Assembly: GCA_963663405.2 (NCBI GenBank)
Contig: CAXXSM010000012.1
Coordinates: 1 to 64,000, forward strand
DNA: 64,000 nt
Reading direction: 5' to 3'
From: a bacterium
GTDB lineage: Bacteria; Hinthialibacterota; Hinthialibacteria; Hinthialibacterales; Hinthialibacteraceae
Made by a program: the position numbers and the translations under genes. Of this stretch, positions 29,293 through 38,510 are shown one piece after another. Numbering within the stretch: the first letter of the stretch is position 1; every line of letters starts with the position of its first letter. The notes under the pieces were generated by a model. The model did not search any database. It saw only the letters and a list, made by a program, of their open reading frames with translations, and had not been told where the DNA came from.

Positions 29293-30285
29293 TCAACCTT
29301 TGAATTTTGAGCCGGCGCGTTGATCGACACGATACAGACTTTTCGGAGTGACGAAGGACTTCGTAAGAGATTTGGCGTATTCTTTCATTTCCGCGGCGAA
29401 TTCCGTCATAATCAAATAGCTGTCAATTTGTTGTTGGGCGGTTGTCACAATCCCAATGGAGACCGTCATGAGAGGAAAGCGTCTTTTTTCTCCTTGTCGA
29501 TTTTCTGAGACAATATAACCACGTTCCATATCTTCCACATCATATTGAAATGGAATCAACGCGTCGAAGCTGGATGTAACGTAGCTACAGACTTCATCAA
29601 TGTTTTTACCATCGATGATCATGACAAAATCATCCCCCCCGATATGACCGACAAAATCACCCGGCGTGCCGAACATCCCTACCCCTTCATTTAAAATGGT
29701 CGCTAAAATACGGATAACGTTATCCCCGCGATTGTATCCATATTTGTCATTAAACGCTTTGAAATTATCCAGATCGGCATAACACATGGCAATTGAAGCG
29801 CCGCGCTCCAACCGTTTCGTTGTCTGTTCTTCAATATAAACCGCGCCAGGAAGGCCAGTCAGAGGATTGGAGATTTGAAGGCGGATATTTCGCCGGATAC
29901 TCGTATAAATACGCGCGGCAAGAACTTCCGGTAGAAAGGGCTTCGCGACAAAATCTTCCGCGCCGGCTTCCAGCGCTTGGATCTCCTTTTCCGTATCCCG
30001 GTTTCCCACCACAATGATGATGGGCATGGTGTATGTTAGAGGATTATCTTTTAATTTGTGGGCGATTTGAATGGCGTGATTCCCAAGGGTATCCATATCA
30101 AGGAGTAAAACATTGGGAATTTGAGCGATAATTTGTTCGTATAATTTTTCCGGGTTGGATCGCTTTTCAAGAATATAACCAATCTCTCGAAGATAATCGA
30201 GATATGTCTCATCCGGATCGCTGATTCCTACGGCGATCAAAGTACGTGATTCTTCGAGATGCTGTTCATCCTTTAATTTCATCAT
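29293..30285 (-). CDS. Receiver-domain diguanylate cyclase (GGDDF variant)
   Basis: REC (LLLDMD, GAEDFVAKPF) plus NPLTGLPG, DLDNFKAFNDKYG, GHIGGDDF. Confidence 0.9.
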   Translation of the reverse strand: MMKLKDEQHLEESRTLIAVGISDPDETYLDYLREIGYILEKRSNPEKLYEQIIAQIPNVLLLDMDTLGNHAIQIAHKLKDNPLTYTMPIIIVVGNRDTEKEIQALEAGAEDFVAKPFLPEVLAARIYTSIRRNIRLQISNPLTGLPGAVYIEEQTTKRLERGASIAMCYADLDNFKAFNDKYGYNRGDNVIRILATILNEGVGMFGTPGDFVGHIGGDDFVMIIDGKNIDEVCSYVTSSFDALIPFQYDVEDMERGYIVSENRQGEKRRFPLMTVSIGIVTTAQQQIDSYLIMTEFAAEMKEYAKSLTKSFVTPKSLYRVDQRAGSKFKG

Positions 30286-30440
30286 ATCACATACAAAAAG
30301 TTAAGATCTCGTTCAAAGAAACTGATTGAACAGATTTATCGATGTATAGTTGTTGGTTTTCATTATCCTATTTTGTATCTTAAAATTTAAAATATTCAAT
30401 ACTTTACAACGAATTTCAATGGAAATCAATTCATAATTTT

Positions 30441-33400
30441 TTATCGCATTTGAGCTTTGACAATTCGGTGATTGCGGGAATCAGCGATATAGAGCGTTCC
30501 ATCCTGCGCAACGGCGATCCCTTTCGGGCCATTCAAATATCCCATTCCCGCTCCGGTTCCGCCACCCAGAGATACATTTTGACCTAGTGGATCGAAACGA
30601 TGAATCATTCCCGCGGTTGAATCTGTGACATAAACATTCCCCGCGCGATCCACCGCTACATAGGGTTCAATCTGTAGATATCCATACTCGCCTTCCCCTT
30701 TCCAGCCGAGGACTTTTCTCTCTTTTACCGCTTGTCCTTTTTTATTGAATGCGACAACATGCTGGTTCACAACACCGCAGACATAAATCAATCCATCAGG
30801 GGCGGCTGTGACACCGACAGGTTCTTGGATTTCGTTTTTCCCGATCGTTCCTCCAAAAGATCCATCCGGTTTATACCAGGCGATTTGGTGATGGCCGGTA
30901 TCCGCCACATACAGCGTTCCATCCATACCGACTCCTAACCCTCGTGGATTGTAAAACGGCTGCTTATCCGCGTTGACAATAGGAGTGAGGGGATTCCCGT
31001 CTTTATCAAACCGCAGAATCCGCCCCGTGCCGGCCCAGGTGTCTGTGACGAAGACCGTACCATCTGGACCTACGCCGATCCCTCCATTTGGGTTTCCATA
31101 TTGATTGATTGTCAACTGCCCCGGTCCGGAGCCTTTGGAACCGAATGATTTAATAAAATTCAGGTCCTTGTCAAACACCTGGATACGCGCGTTGCCCGAA
31201 TCCAGAACATAGACGGTACTCTCATCCGGCGACAACGCGACGCCTCGCGGATCGTTGAATTCTCCATTCCTGACGCCAAACCGGCCGATGGTTTTCAATT
31301 GGCGCAACGGGCTCGAGGTTTTTTCATAGCCTTTCGCGACGATCAGTTCGCCTTCCGTTTCTAAAAGCGGTTGACGCACATAGAAGTTAATGTCTTCTGA
31401 ACCGGGTGGATACCAGACATCCCGATACAAGAGGTATTTCCACAGCGCGAGCCAAGCTTGCTGCTGCTGTTTGCTTCTTCGAAAATCGTTAAATGGAAAG
31501 ACGCGTTGCGAAGCGAGTTCCTTATTCGGATTCTTCGTATCGCCGGGACGGGGCCACCAGACACGGTGCTTTACTCGCCGTTTCGTATACTTGCCCTGGC
31601 ACCAGACCTTCATCCGCGATTCAAATTCTGTATTGACTAACAAATATGGAATATTCGGTGGTGGAAGCGCGATCGTCTCCTCCCCTTGCGGGTGGGTTCT
31701 GTAATGCCGCAGGTACCACGAGTACGGCCAGTTAGCTTCTCCCCACAGAAAAGCGATCGTTTTTCGAGGCTTTTTTTGAGGATTTATGGGCATATAATCG
31801 AGCCCCAAAATTTGGGCGCCGCGTTCGATTTCTTTCACGATATCCGTCGCGGAATGATCGGTTTGGGTATATACAATGACTTCCCTTGGATTGTCATTGT
31901 TGTATACATTTAAAAAGATATTGGTGCGCGCTTCATAGAGAACGAAAAGACCCACGAAAACAGCGAACACGCTCCGGATCGCCCCCGGTTTCAGCTGCGC
32001 CCAAACATCACCAATAAACACTCCCGCCAGCAAGAGCAACGGCAGTACCTGATGTACGAGAAGCCAAGGCACTTTCTCTTCCAGCAGCGCATAGATCAAT
32101 AATGAGCATACGCTCCAATAAATAAGAAAAATCCGGAGACCATTCGGAAGCAGACGATTGGCTGTTTCTTCCTCGGGCGCCGCCTGTTTTTCCGTTTCCG
32201 GTGGGATAAATGAAAACGAGGCGATCAACTTCTTCCCGAACACGATCGCCATAGCGAAACAGAGACAGATCAACCAGATCAGAACCGTCTGGCTGCTTTG
32301 CGGGGAATGGAGAAGAATCACGTGAATGTATAAATACACAGTGCCCAAAAACGCCAGCATGAATCCAGCGAAATTGAACCCTTTTAATTTCTTGATCAAG
32401 TAAACGAAAAAAGCGATGACAGAGAAGACAACCCCGATGACTTCATAAATAATAATCCGGGGAATGTAATAATCCGACGGGCCGGGAATCCGTGGATCGC
32501 CCTGCTGGCCCATCCAGTAGAGCAGATAATTGATCACCCCATCCTTCATCCCCTCCGGATGGTGACCGAGGGCGGTGAAGAGAAGGGAATAGACCGCCAG
32601 CGCGAGAAGTATACACGTCAGAAAAATGATGTTTCCCTGACAGAAGCGTTTAAAAAATGAAACTTCTTTCTGCGGTGGAGAAAGCCAGGCGCGCAGAATT
32701 TCGATCCCAATAAAGATCACCAGAAAAACGCCAAATCCCGTGATGATCCACGCGGGGATAATCCACGAATGAGCGCTTACATATTGGTTCCAGCTGTTTT
32801 CCAGAACGCCCATGGAAAAAGAGCCTTGGCCGCTCTGTGTTTTAAGACGCAACGCGGTTTCCAGAAAGACGGGCCGGTGCGTAACGAAGGCGACGAGGGA
32901 AAAGGCGAAGAAAGAAAACACGGCGTACAACGCCGTCAGTTTCACGAATGGAGCCCGATCGACAAAGATATCACAAAGCGCTTTTCGTCGGTCTTCTTTC
33001 GGAAATTTAAAATAGTAATAGACGCCATATAACACGGCGAATGAACCAAAGAAAAAGCCCGTCATGTACGAATTTTCCTTGCACGTATACATCAGCGCAA
33101 GAAAGAATGTCATCCAGATTAAATCCCCGCTGCGCCTCGATCGCAGATATTCCAACGCGAAGACGAGGATCCCCATCGCCATGGCCGCCATATAAATATC
33201 GTTCCGGGCGAATCGGGAAAAATAGGTCAACACAGGCGAAGCGGCGACAAGAAGAAGCGCGGTAAACGCGCCTTCCTTTCCAATCCACGGTTTTAACCGC
33301 CAGACAAAATATAACAGCAGAATCCCAAACGAAACAAAGGGCAACCGGGCGGTAAAATCATTGTCTCCGAACAGAAGAAAGAAAAGAGCGCCGTAATGAT

Positions 33401-33611
33401 AGAGAAACGGACCGTGATAAGTAGGATCGTAAGCCTTAAACTCTTCTCCGGTGTACATTCTATAGGAATAATAAGCATGTATCGATTCATCATGATGGAT
33501 CGCCATCCGGTCCAATTCGTAGAGCCGCATGAATACGCCGAAAAAAACAACCGCGGCCACGCATAGACCAAATCGAGTTATTTGGATTTGATTCTGAGAT
33601 CGAGAGGGCAT
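30441..33611 (-). CDS. TIGR03663/Agl23-like GT-C membrane protein fused to NHL-repeat propeller
   Basis: HHDESIHAYYS, YDPTYHGPFLYH, YFSRFARND, KEN, EKVPWL, VYTQT, WPYSWYLR; C-terminal NHL repeats (FNDPRGVA, YVADTGHHQI, LNGPKGIAV..DG.LYIADSRNHRI). Confidence 0.85.
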   Translation of the reverse strand: MPSRSQNQIQITRFGLCVAAVVFFGVFMRLYELDRMAIHHDESIHAYYSYRMYTGEEFKAYDPTYHGPFLYHYGALFFLLFGDNDFTARLPFVSFGILLLYFVWRLKPWIGKEGAFTALLLVAASPVLTYFSRFARNDIYMAAMAMGILVFALEYLRSRRSGDLIWMTFFLALMYTCKENSYMTGFFFGSFAVLYGVYYYFKFPKEDRRKALCDIFVDRAPFVKLTALYAVFSFFAFSLVAFVTHRPVFLETALRLKTQSGQGSFSMGVLENSWNQYVSAHSWIIPAWIITGFGVFLVIFIGIEILRAWLSPPQKEVSFFKRFCQGNIIFLTCILLALAVYSLLFTALGHHPEGMKDGVINYLLYWMGQQGDPRIPGPSDYYIPRIIIYEVIGVVFSVIAFFVYLIKKLKGFNFAGFMLAFLGTVYLYIHVILLHSPQSSQTVLIWLICLCFAMAIVFGKKLIASFSFIPPETEKQAAPEEETANRLLPNGLRIFLIYWSVCSLLIYALLEEKVPWLLVHQVLPLLLLAGVFIGDVWAQLKPGAIRSVFAVFVGLFVLYEARTNIFLNVYNNDNPREVIVYTQTDHSATDIVKEIERGAQILGLDYMPINPQKKPRKTIAFLWGEANWPYSWYLRHYRTHPQGEETIALPPPNIPYLLVNTEFESRMKVWCQGKYTKRRVKHRVWWPRPGDTKNPNKELASQRVFPFNDFRRSKQQQQAWLALWKYLLYRDVWYPPGSEDINFYVRQPLLETEGELIVAKGYEKTSSPLRQLKTIGRFGVRNGEFNDPRGVALSPDESTVYVLDSGNARIQVFDKDLNFIKSFGSKGSGPGQLTINQYGNPNGGIGVGPDGTVFVTDTWAGTGRILRFDKDGNPLTPIVNADKQPFYNPRGLGVGMDGTLYVADTGHHQIAWYKPDGSFGGTIGKNEIQEPVGVTAAPDGLIYVCGVVNQHVVAFNKKGQAVKERKVLGWKGEGEYGYLQIEPYVAVDRAGNVYVTDSTAGMIHRFDPLGQNVSLGGGTGAGMGYLNGPKGIAVAQDGTLYIADSRNHRIVKAQMR

Positions 33612-33807
33612 TGGATAAAAAATGTCTCCTTATACAGGTTTTTAGACACAATAGCACAAACTAAGAGAATTGTTACGGAGTGGGGGCATTTTGTCTAGAG
33701 CGTAATCCCTTGTAAAGACAATCATTTTATGACTTTCTTTTTATTCATTTTCAATGTAAAATAAGGATATTCTATTATTTTGTCCGGTTTTTTTTTGGAG
33801 GTGTTTG

Positions 33808-34272
33808 ATGGTCCAAGAGCGTGTTTGTGTTGTTTGTGGGGGACCCATGAACAAAATTACTGGTGATATCTGCTGCAAGGAAGAAGATCAATATCTCCTA
33901 CTCGCCTGCAAAGGACACTTGCGTGACTTTGAAGACCGGCAATGTTCGATGGACGATGTCGTTGAATTGCTCTATGACGATCTCGCTGAATTCCTTGAAA
34001 AAAAGAATATGTCTATAGAGGATTACGATTACACCGGCGTTCTCAGTGAACTGGAACGGCGGATCTTTCGTTGGGTGAATAAAGAGATGATCAATTTCCG
34101 TCAAATCGGCGGCATCGGTTTTTGCTCGATCTGTGGCTGCGCGGTACTGGCGGGATGGACCAAATGCACAAGCTGCTCGGATTCAAGCGGAATGAGAGAT
34201 ATATTGCAGCAAAGCGCGGGAATGTCAGCCCCAAAACAAGCGCCGAGAAGAGGGATGCATTTCAAAAGATAA
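33808..34272 (+). CDS. Cys-rich (zinc-ribbon) hypothetical protein, YvyF-like architecture
   Basis: GGAGG RBS; N-terminal CVVCG..CC; C-terminal CSICG...CTSC; ends RGMHFKR. Confidence 0.6.
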   Translation: MVQERVCVVCGGPMNKITGDICCKEEDQYLLLACKGHLRDFEDRQCSMDDVVELLYDDLAEFLEKKNMSIEDYDYTGVLSELERRIFRWVNKEMINFRQIGGIGFCSICGCAVLAGWTKCTSCSDSSGMRDILQQSAGMSAPKQAPRRGMHFKR

Positions 34273-34526
34273 AAAATATTCGTCGAATAATACATTAGAT
34301 ATATAGAAATATAATTTTCCTACACTGACATATTAAATTTATCTCTCCTCTAAAAACCAAAAAACTCTATCCCTGTCTCAATAGCGTTCAAATAAAAAAT
34401 ATTATTTTTAGACAATTCAACGCTCTTCCATTTCACTTTTCAATCTCTCTATCTCCTCTTTTTTGCGGCCTTTCTCTGTATTGGTAGAAGAGAATCCCGG
34501 AAGATTCCACCCATTTGGAGGAGATC

Positions 34527-35837
34527 ATGTTTCACCGATTTCGGCAATGGCTGAAGAAAAAAAGCGCCGTCCCCACACCCCACGTTCGCTCATTCGCTTG
34601 GATCCCAGAGAAAAAAACGGATCTGCCCATTCACCCAAAATCCCATCCATTCTCTGAAAATCCCCTTTCGCTGTGGAATGACACGGATGATTATTTGGCG
34701 CCGGCGGGGATTGATTTCCGAATCTTGTTCCCCATTCTGCGCCGGTTGCGGGATTATATCCCTGATGTGTCCGCCGGTGTGTGGGCGTGGGTTCGGTTGT
34801 GCTCCACTCCCCAATCGTTCTCCCTCTCCGGCGCCAGCGAAGCGGACCAAGCCCATGCGCGGAGTCTCTTATCCAATCTGGATAATCGGATTTTCGAATT
34901 CCAACATGAACGCGACCGGGGTGTGGAGGCGCTTGTTCAATGTTTCTTTCTCTCCGTCTTTACCTACGGCAGTTTTTGTGGGGAAGTGGTTCTACACGAA
35001 TCGCGGAAGCGGATTGACCGGTTTATCGTCATCGATCCAGCGGTGATTCGTTTCAAATTGGATCCATCCACAAGAGAACTGCGCCCCTATCAAATTTTGA
35101 ATGACAGCTCACTCATTCCTCTGAATCCCGCTTCGTTTTATTATTTCGGATTGGATACGGATGGTTTGTCGCCGTATGGGCGATCTCCATTGCTGGCGTT
35201 GCCCTTTGTGGTGAAACTGCAGCAACAGATGTTGGCCGATATGGCGAAGGCGCAGCACAACGCCGGTTATCCAGCCGTTCATTTCCGCCTTCAAACGCCG
35301 GAACGAATGACCAGCGAAACGCCTAATGAGTATTACGAACGAGTATTGAACGAGATTCAAACCACACGCAATGAAATCGAACGGAAAAAATCTGACAGCA
35401 ATTTCGTCAGTTTTGACAACATGGATGTGCGCTACATTGGCCCATCCGGTAATACGCTGCAATGGTCTGAAAGCATGCAGGCCATTGGAGAGCAGGTGGT
35501 CTCCGCGCTTCACTTGGCGCCGTTTATGATCGGCCGCAATTGGGGAACGACCCAATCCTGGGGAACGGCGCAGTATCAGCTGTTGACCAACAACGCGAAA
35601 ACCGTTCAAGAAGGCGCGAAACGGCTGGCCGAATGGCTGCGGAATCTCGAACTGATTCTACAAGGCTCCCCCGTCAAGGTCACTCATCACTTCGCCCCCC
35701 ATCACCACCTGGACGCGGCCGATCGCGCGAGCGCCTTCAAAACTTCCGCCGAAACATTGGTGATGTTGAACGAGAAAGGTTTCATCGATTCCCAAGCGGT
35801 GAAACAGCGCATGGAAAATTTATTGCGATTTATGTAA
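34527..35837 (+). CDS. Phage portal-like protein (solitary)
   Basis: GGAG RBS, ATG 34527; LRRLRD..PDVSA..W...RL; YGSFCGEVV; IDPAVIRF; SPYGRSPLLA..FVVK; QVVSAL...PFMIG...GTT; length about 436 aa as expected for portals. Confidence 0.65.
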   Translation: MFHRFRQWLKKKSAVPTPHVRSFAWIPEKKTDLPIHPKSHPFSENPLSLWNDTDDYLAPAGIDFRILFPILRRLRDYIPDVSAGVWAWVRLCSTPQSFSLSGASEADQAHARSLLSNLDNRIFEFQHERDRGVEALVQCFFLSVFTYGSFCGEVVLHESRKRIDRFIVIDPAVIRFKLDPSTRELRPYQILNDSSLIPLNPASFYYFGLDTDGLSPYGRSPLLALPFVVKLQQQMLADMAKAQHNAGYPAVHFRLQTPERMTSETPNEYYERVLNEIQTTRNEIERKKSDSNFVSFDNMDVRYIGPSGNTLQWSESMQAIGEQVVSALHLAPFMIGRNWGTTQSWGTAQYQLLTNNAKTVQEGAKRLAEWLRNLELILQGSPVKVTHHFAPHHHLDAADRASAFKTSAETLVMLNEKGFIDSQAVKQRMENLLRFM

Positions 35838-35906
35838 AGCATGTATAAAATAAGGGCGCTTCCGTTCTACGCGCTGGTGGCTAGACTGATTGAAAATATC
35901 TAATAA

Positions 35907-36132
35907 CTGATGTTACGCAACTTCATTGATTGAGATTTTTTTGTCTGAATCCGGATGGACAGGACAACCAGGATATACAGGATAGGTATTATCAGAGTGA
36001 TATTGATCATCGAATAGTAAAATTTGTACTCAAAGTTTTTTATCCTGGTTATCCTTTTCATCTTGGGTATCCAGATTCAGACAAAAGCGGATTCAGAGAA
36101 GAACTTCAATCTATTGGTTTGCGTAACACCAG
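35907..36132. mobile_element. Miniature inverted-repeat element (MITE-like) with 14-bp TIR and 7-bp target-site duplication
   Basis: Left end CTGATGTTACGCAA (35907-35920); right end TTGCGTAACACCAG (36119-36132), 1 mismatch; flanked by direct repeat CTAATAA at 35900-35906 and 36133-36139. Confidence 0.75.
35939..36086. repeat. Inner inverted repeat with 9-bp periodic arms
   Basis: TTTTGTCTGAATC/GATTCAGACAAAA termini; arms of AGGAT-NNNN units versus ATCCT-NNNN units. Confidence 0.8.
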
Positions 36133-36155
36133 CTAATAATACGAATTGAAATCGA

Positions 36156-37067
36156 ATGAATGAAAAAATCCACAAATCCGGTTTCGCCGCTCTCATCGGC
36201 CGCCCCAACGCGGGGAAATCTACGCTGTTGAATCAGATTCTCGGCACAAAATTGATCGCCGTCACTCCCCGCCCGCAGACCACCCGCAACCGGATTTTTG
36301 GCATCTACGATCGCGAAGACACGCAGATCGTCTTCCAGGACACCCCCGGTTTGCTGGAACCAAAAGACGCGCTGCACCAGTTCATGACGCGGGAGGCGGA
36401 ACGGGCGTTGAAGGATGCGGATGTGGCCGTCTGGTTAATCGATTCGATTAAAGGCGTCACCGCCCGTGAACGCGGGATCGCAACCAATGTGCTATCCAAT
36501 TTGAGTATCCCCTTATTCGCCGCTTTCAATAAAATCGATAAAATCAATCCGGATCAAATCCCCGCATTAGAAAAAGAACTTGAAGGATTTCAATTCGATC
36601 CACCCCCTACGAAAATTTTCATCTCCGCCTTGCTGGGGCACGGCGTAGGGAATTTATTGCGGCAAGTCACCGAATGTCTGCAAGAAGGACCGAAATTCTA
36701 TCCCCCCGATCAATTAAGCGACCGCACGCAACGTTTCTTCGTGGAAGAGATTGTCCGCGAAAAAGCCTTCCTCCAACTCCGCCAGGAACTCCCCTATTCA
36801 CTCGCGGTCCGGGTGGAAGAGATGAAAGAGCGGGAAAACGGTCTCACCGCGATCCGCGCCGTCCTTTTTGTGGAACGAGAAACCCAAAAAAGAATCGTCT
36901 TAGGCAAAAAAGGCGCGGCGATCAAACATATCGGAATCGAGGCACGCAAAGAAATCGAAACGATGCTGGACGGCAAAGTGTTTCTCGAATTATGGGTGAA
37001 AGTGAGTGAACGCTGGCGGAAAAAAGAAGACCGCCTCCGTGAATTCGGCTATACCGAAACCACCTAA
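36156..37067 (+). CDS. era: GTPase Era
   Basis: GRPNAGKSTLLN, PQTTR, DTPG, NKID, EIVREK...QELPY, KH domain VFLELWVKV. Confidence 0.97.
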   Translation: MNEKIHKSGFAALIGRPNAGKSTLLNQILGTKLIAVTPRPQTTRNRIFGIYDREDTQIVFQDTPGLLEPKDALHQFMTREAERALKDADVAVWLIDSIKGVTARERGIATNVLSNLSIPLFAAFNKIDKINPDQIPALEKELEGFQFDPPPTKIFISALLGHGVGNLLRQVTECLQEGPKFYPPDQLSDRTQRFFVEEIVREKAFLQLRQELPYSLAVRVEEMKERENGLTAIRAVLFVERETQKRIVLGKKGAAIKHIGIEARKEIETMLDGKVFLELWVKVSERWRKKEDRLREFGYTETT

Positions 37068-37109
37068 AATCTCTCCCAAATTAAAATGGATTGTCCAGTA
37101 CACAGTTCA

Positions 37110-37137
37110 ATGGAGCGCGGGCATCCCGCCTGTAAAA
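37110..37137 (+). repeat. REP-like palindrome, copy 2
   Basis: ATGGAGCGCGGGCATCCCGCCTGTAAAA. Confidence 0.75.
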
Positions 37138-37243
37138 AAATACATTTTTCGATTGAACTTTAATCCCCCCATTACGTTTCATCAAAGAGGGTATCTACAC
37201 CCACAAGTGTTTCACTCCATGTGTCAAGAAAGGAAAAACAACC

Positions 37244-38239
37244 ATGCGTATTCTCACAAGTTCTCTTCTTGGGATTCTGATTGCGGCTGTGTCCCCCTTC
37301 CTAAACGCGAACAGCGCCAGAGCGGAAGAACAAATCGTTCTAAATCCATCACCGCAGGATACACTTCCTATCCTTGGATCAACTGGAATGATCGAGAAAG
37401 GCGTTGAAACTCTCACAGTCCGGTTGAAGAATGGTGAAACCACCATTGTGCCCGTCCCACTTGAAAATGATGTTCCTCTCGATATCAGCAAACGGCAATA
37501 TGGAAAAGGAAAACAATTAGAAAAAGACGCCAAGGATTTTCCCGAATTGGCGAAAACGGGCCTGCACAATGAAGACCAATTGAGAAAGACAAAGACGATT
37601 ACGGGAAAACCAGTTGATGAGATTACAAAAATCGGCCGCCCGAACCAAGCCTCCAGCGCAGGATTCATAGATGAGGATGAAGATATCCTTTCCGTGTTAA
37701 TCGGTGACAACCGGCTTGTGCGGAGTATGGGCCTGACACATCCCGAACTGGCCAAACCATTATTCCATATATTGAATCTAGTCCTGGACGAATATCAACG
37801 CAAAGGGCCCCAGCGCTTCATCCTCAGCGATGTCGAAGCGATTCTATACAATTATGAGGAGATTCACTTTAAGGGAGAGGGATCAAAAGGCTCTCAAGAA
37901 TCCATTTTCAACGATGAAATCCGTGGCAACGCGCAATTCAATATCACACGGGATCTGAAGGAAGAAGAACAGGCGTTTTTAAAGAAAAAATACGCCCGCT
38001 TGAATACACTGGAATTTGATAAAATGGTTAAAAAACTCACTCTCATCCATACCGGCGAAATGGAACCGTATTACATCATGCGTTATGGTTTCTACGAGGG
38101 GCACACATACTTTCGCGCGGATCCCATCGCGATCGCGTTTGTTTTTGGATTGCTAAGCATTGAAGAAATTGAGAATGCATTCCCAGGATGTCTATATGAA
38201 GCATTGACCGAACACTTCACGCCAAAAACAGTTCAATAA
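37244..38239 (+). CDS. Secreted hypothetical protein
   Basis: Signal peptide ending ARA; conserved-looking GLTHPELAKPLFH and RYGFYEGHTYFRADP segments. Confidence 0.75.
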   Translation: MRILTSSLLGILIAAVSPFLNANSARAEEQIVLNPSPQDTLPILGSTGMIEKGVETLTVRLKNGETTIVPVPLENDVPLDISKRQYGKGKQLEKDAKDFPELAKTGLHNEDQLRKTKTITGKPVDEITKIGRPNQASSAGFIDEDEDILSVLIGDNRLVRSMGLTHPELAKPLFHILNLVLDEYQRKGPQRFILSDVEAILYNYEEIHFKGEGSKGSQESIFNDEIRGNAQFNITRDLKEEEQAFLKKKYARLNTLEFDKMVKKLTLIHTGEMEPYYIMRYGFYEGHTYFRADPIAIAFVFGLLSIEEIENAFPGCLYEALTEHFTPKTVQ

Positions 38240-38290
38240 TTCCTTCATATGGGAAATTTTGACGCCTTACACTGCTATACAGGATTCTTT

Positions 38291-38374
38291 ATTGTCTGAA
38301 CCTTGATTCGCTTGATTTTCTTGATTTTTGAATCATGGTAATCCTATAATCCTTAGAATCAGGGTTCATACGAT
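38291..38374. repeat. Second member of the TTGTCTGAA 9-bp-periodic inverted-repeat family
   Basis: ATTGTCTGAACC-(TTGAT NNNN)x3 ... (AATCM NNN/N)x4-GGGTTCATACGAT. Confidence 0.7.
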
Positions 38375-38510
38375 TATGTTATACTGCAAGATGAGCATAA
38401 TGACTACAAGGATTCTTGGAACTGAATTATCGAAATAACATTTAATTCTAAATTCCGTAAATACATAAAAAAAATAGTATTCCATAGAAACCTTAACAAA
38501 GGATTATCGC

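Noticed and set aside
29293-30285. GGDEF protein as Hypr-type cGAMP synthase
   Set aside because: Specificity residue is the ordinary Asp (YNRGD), not Ser/Thr
33800-36100. Prophage
   Set aside because: Only one phage-like gene; no integrase, att sites, terminase or structural cluster
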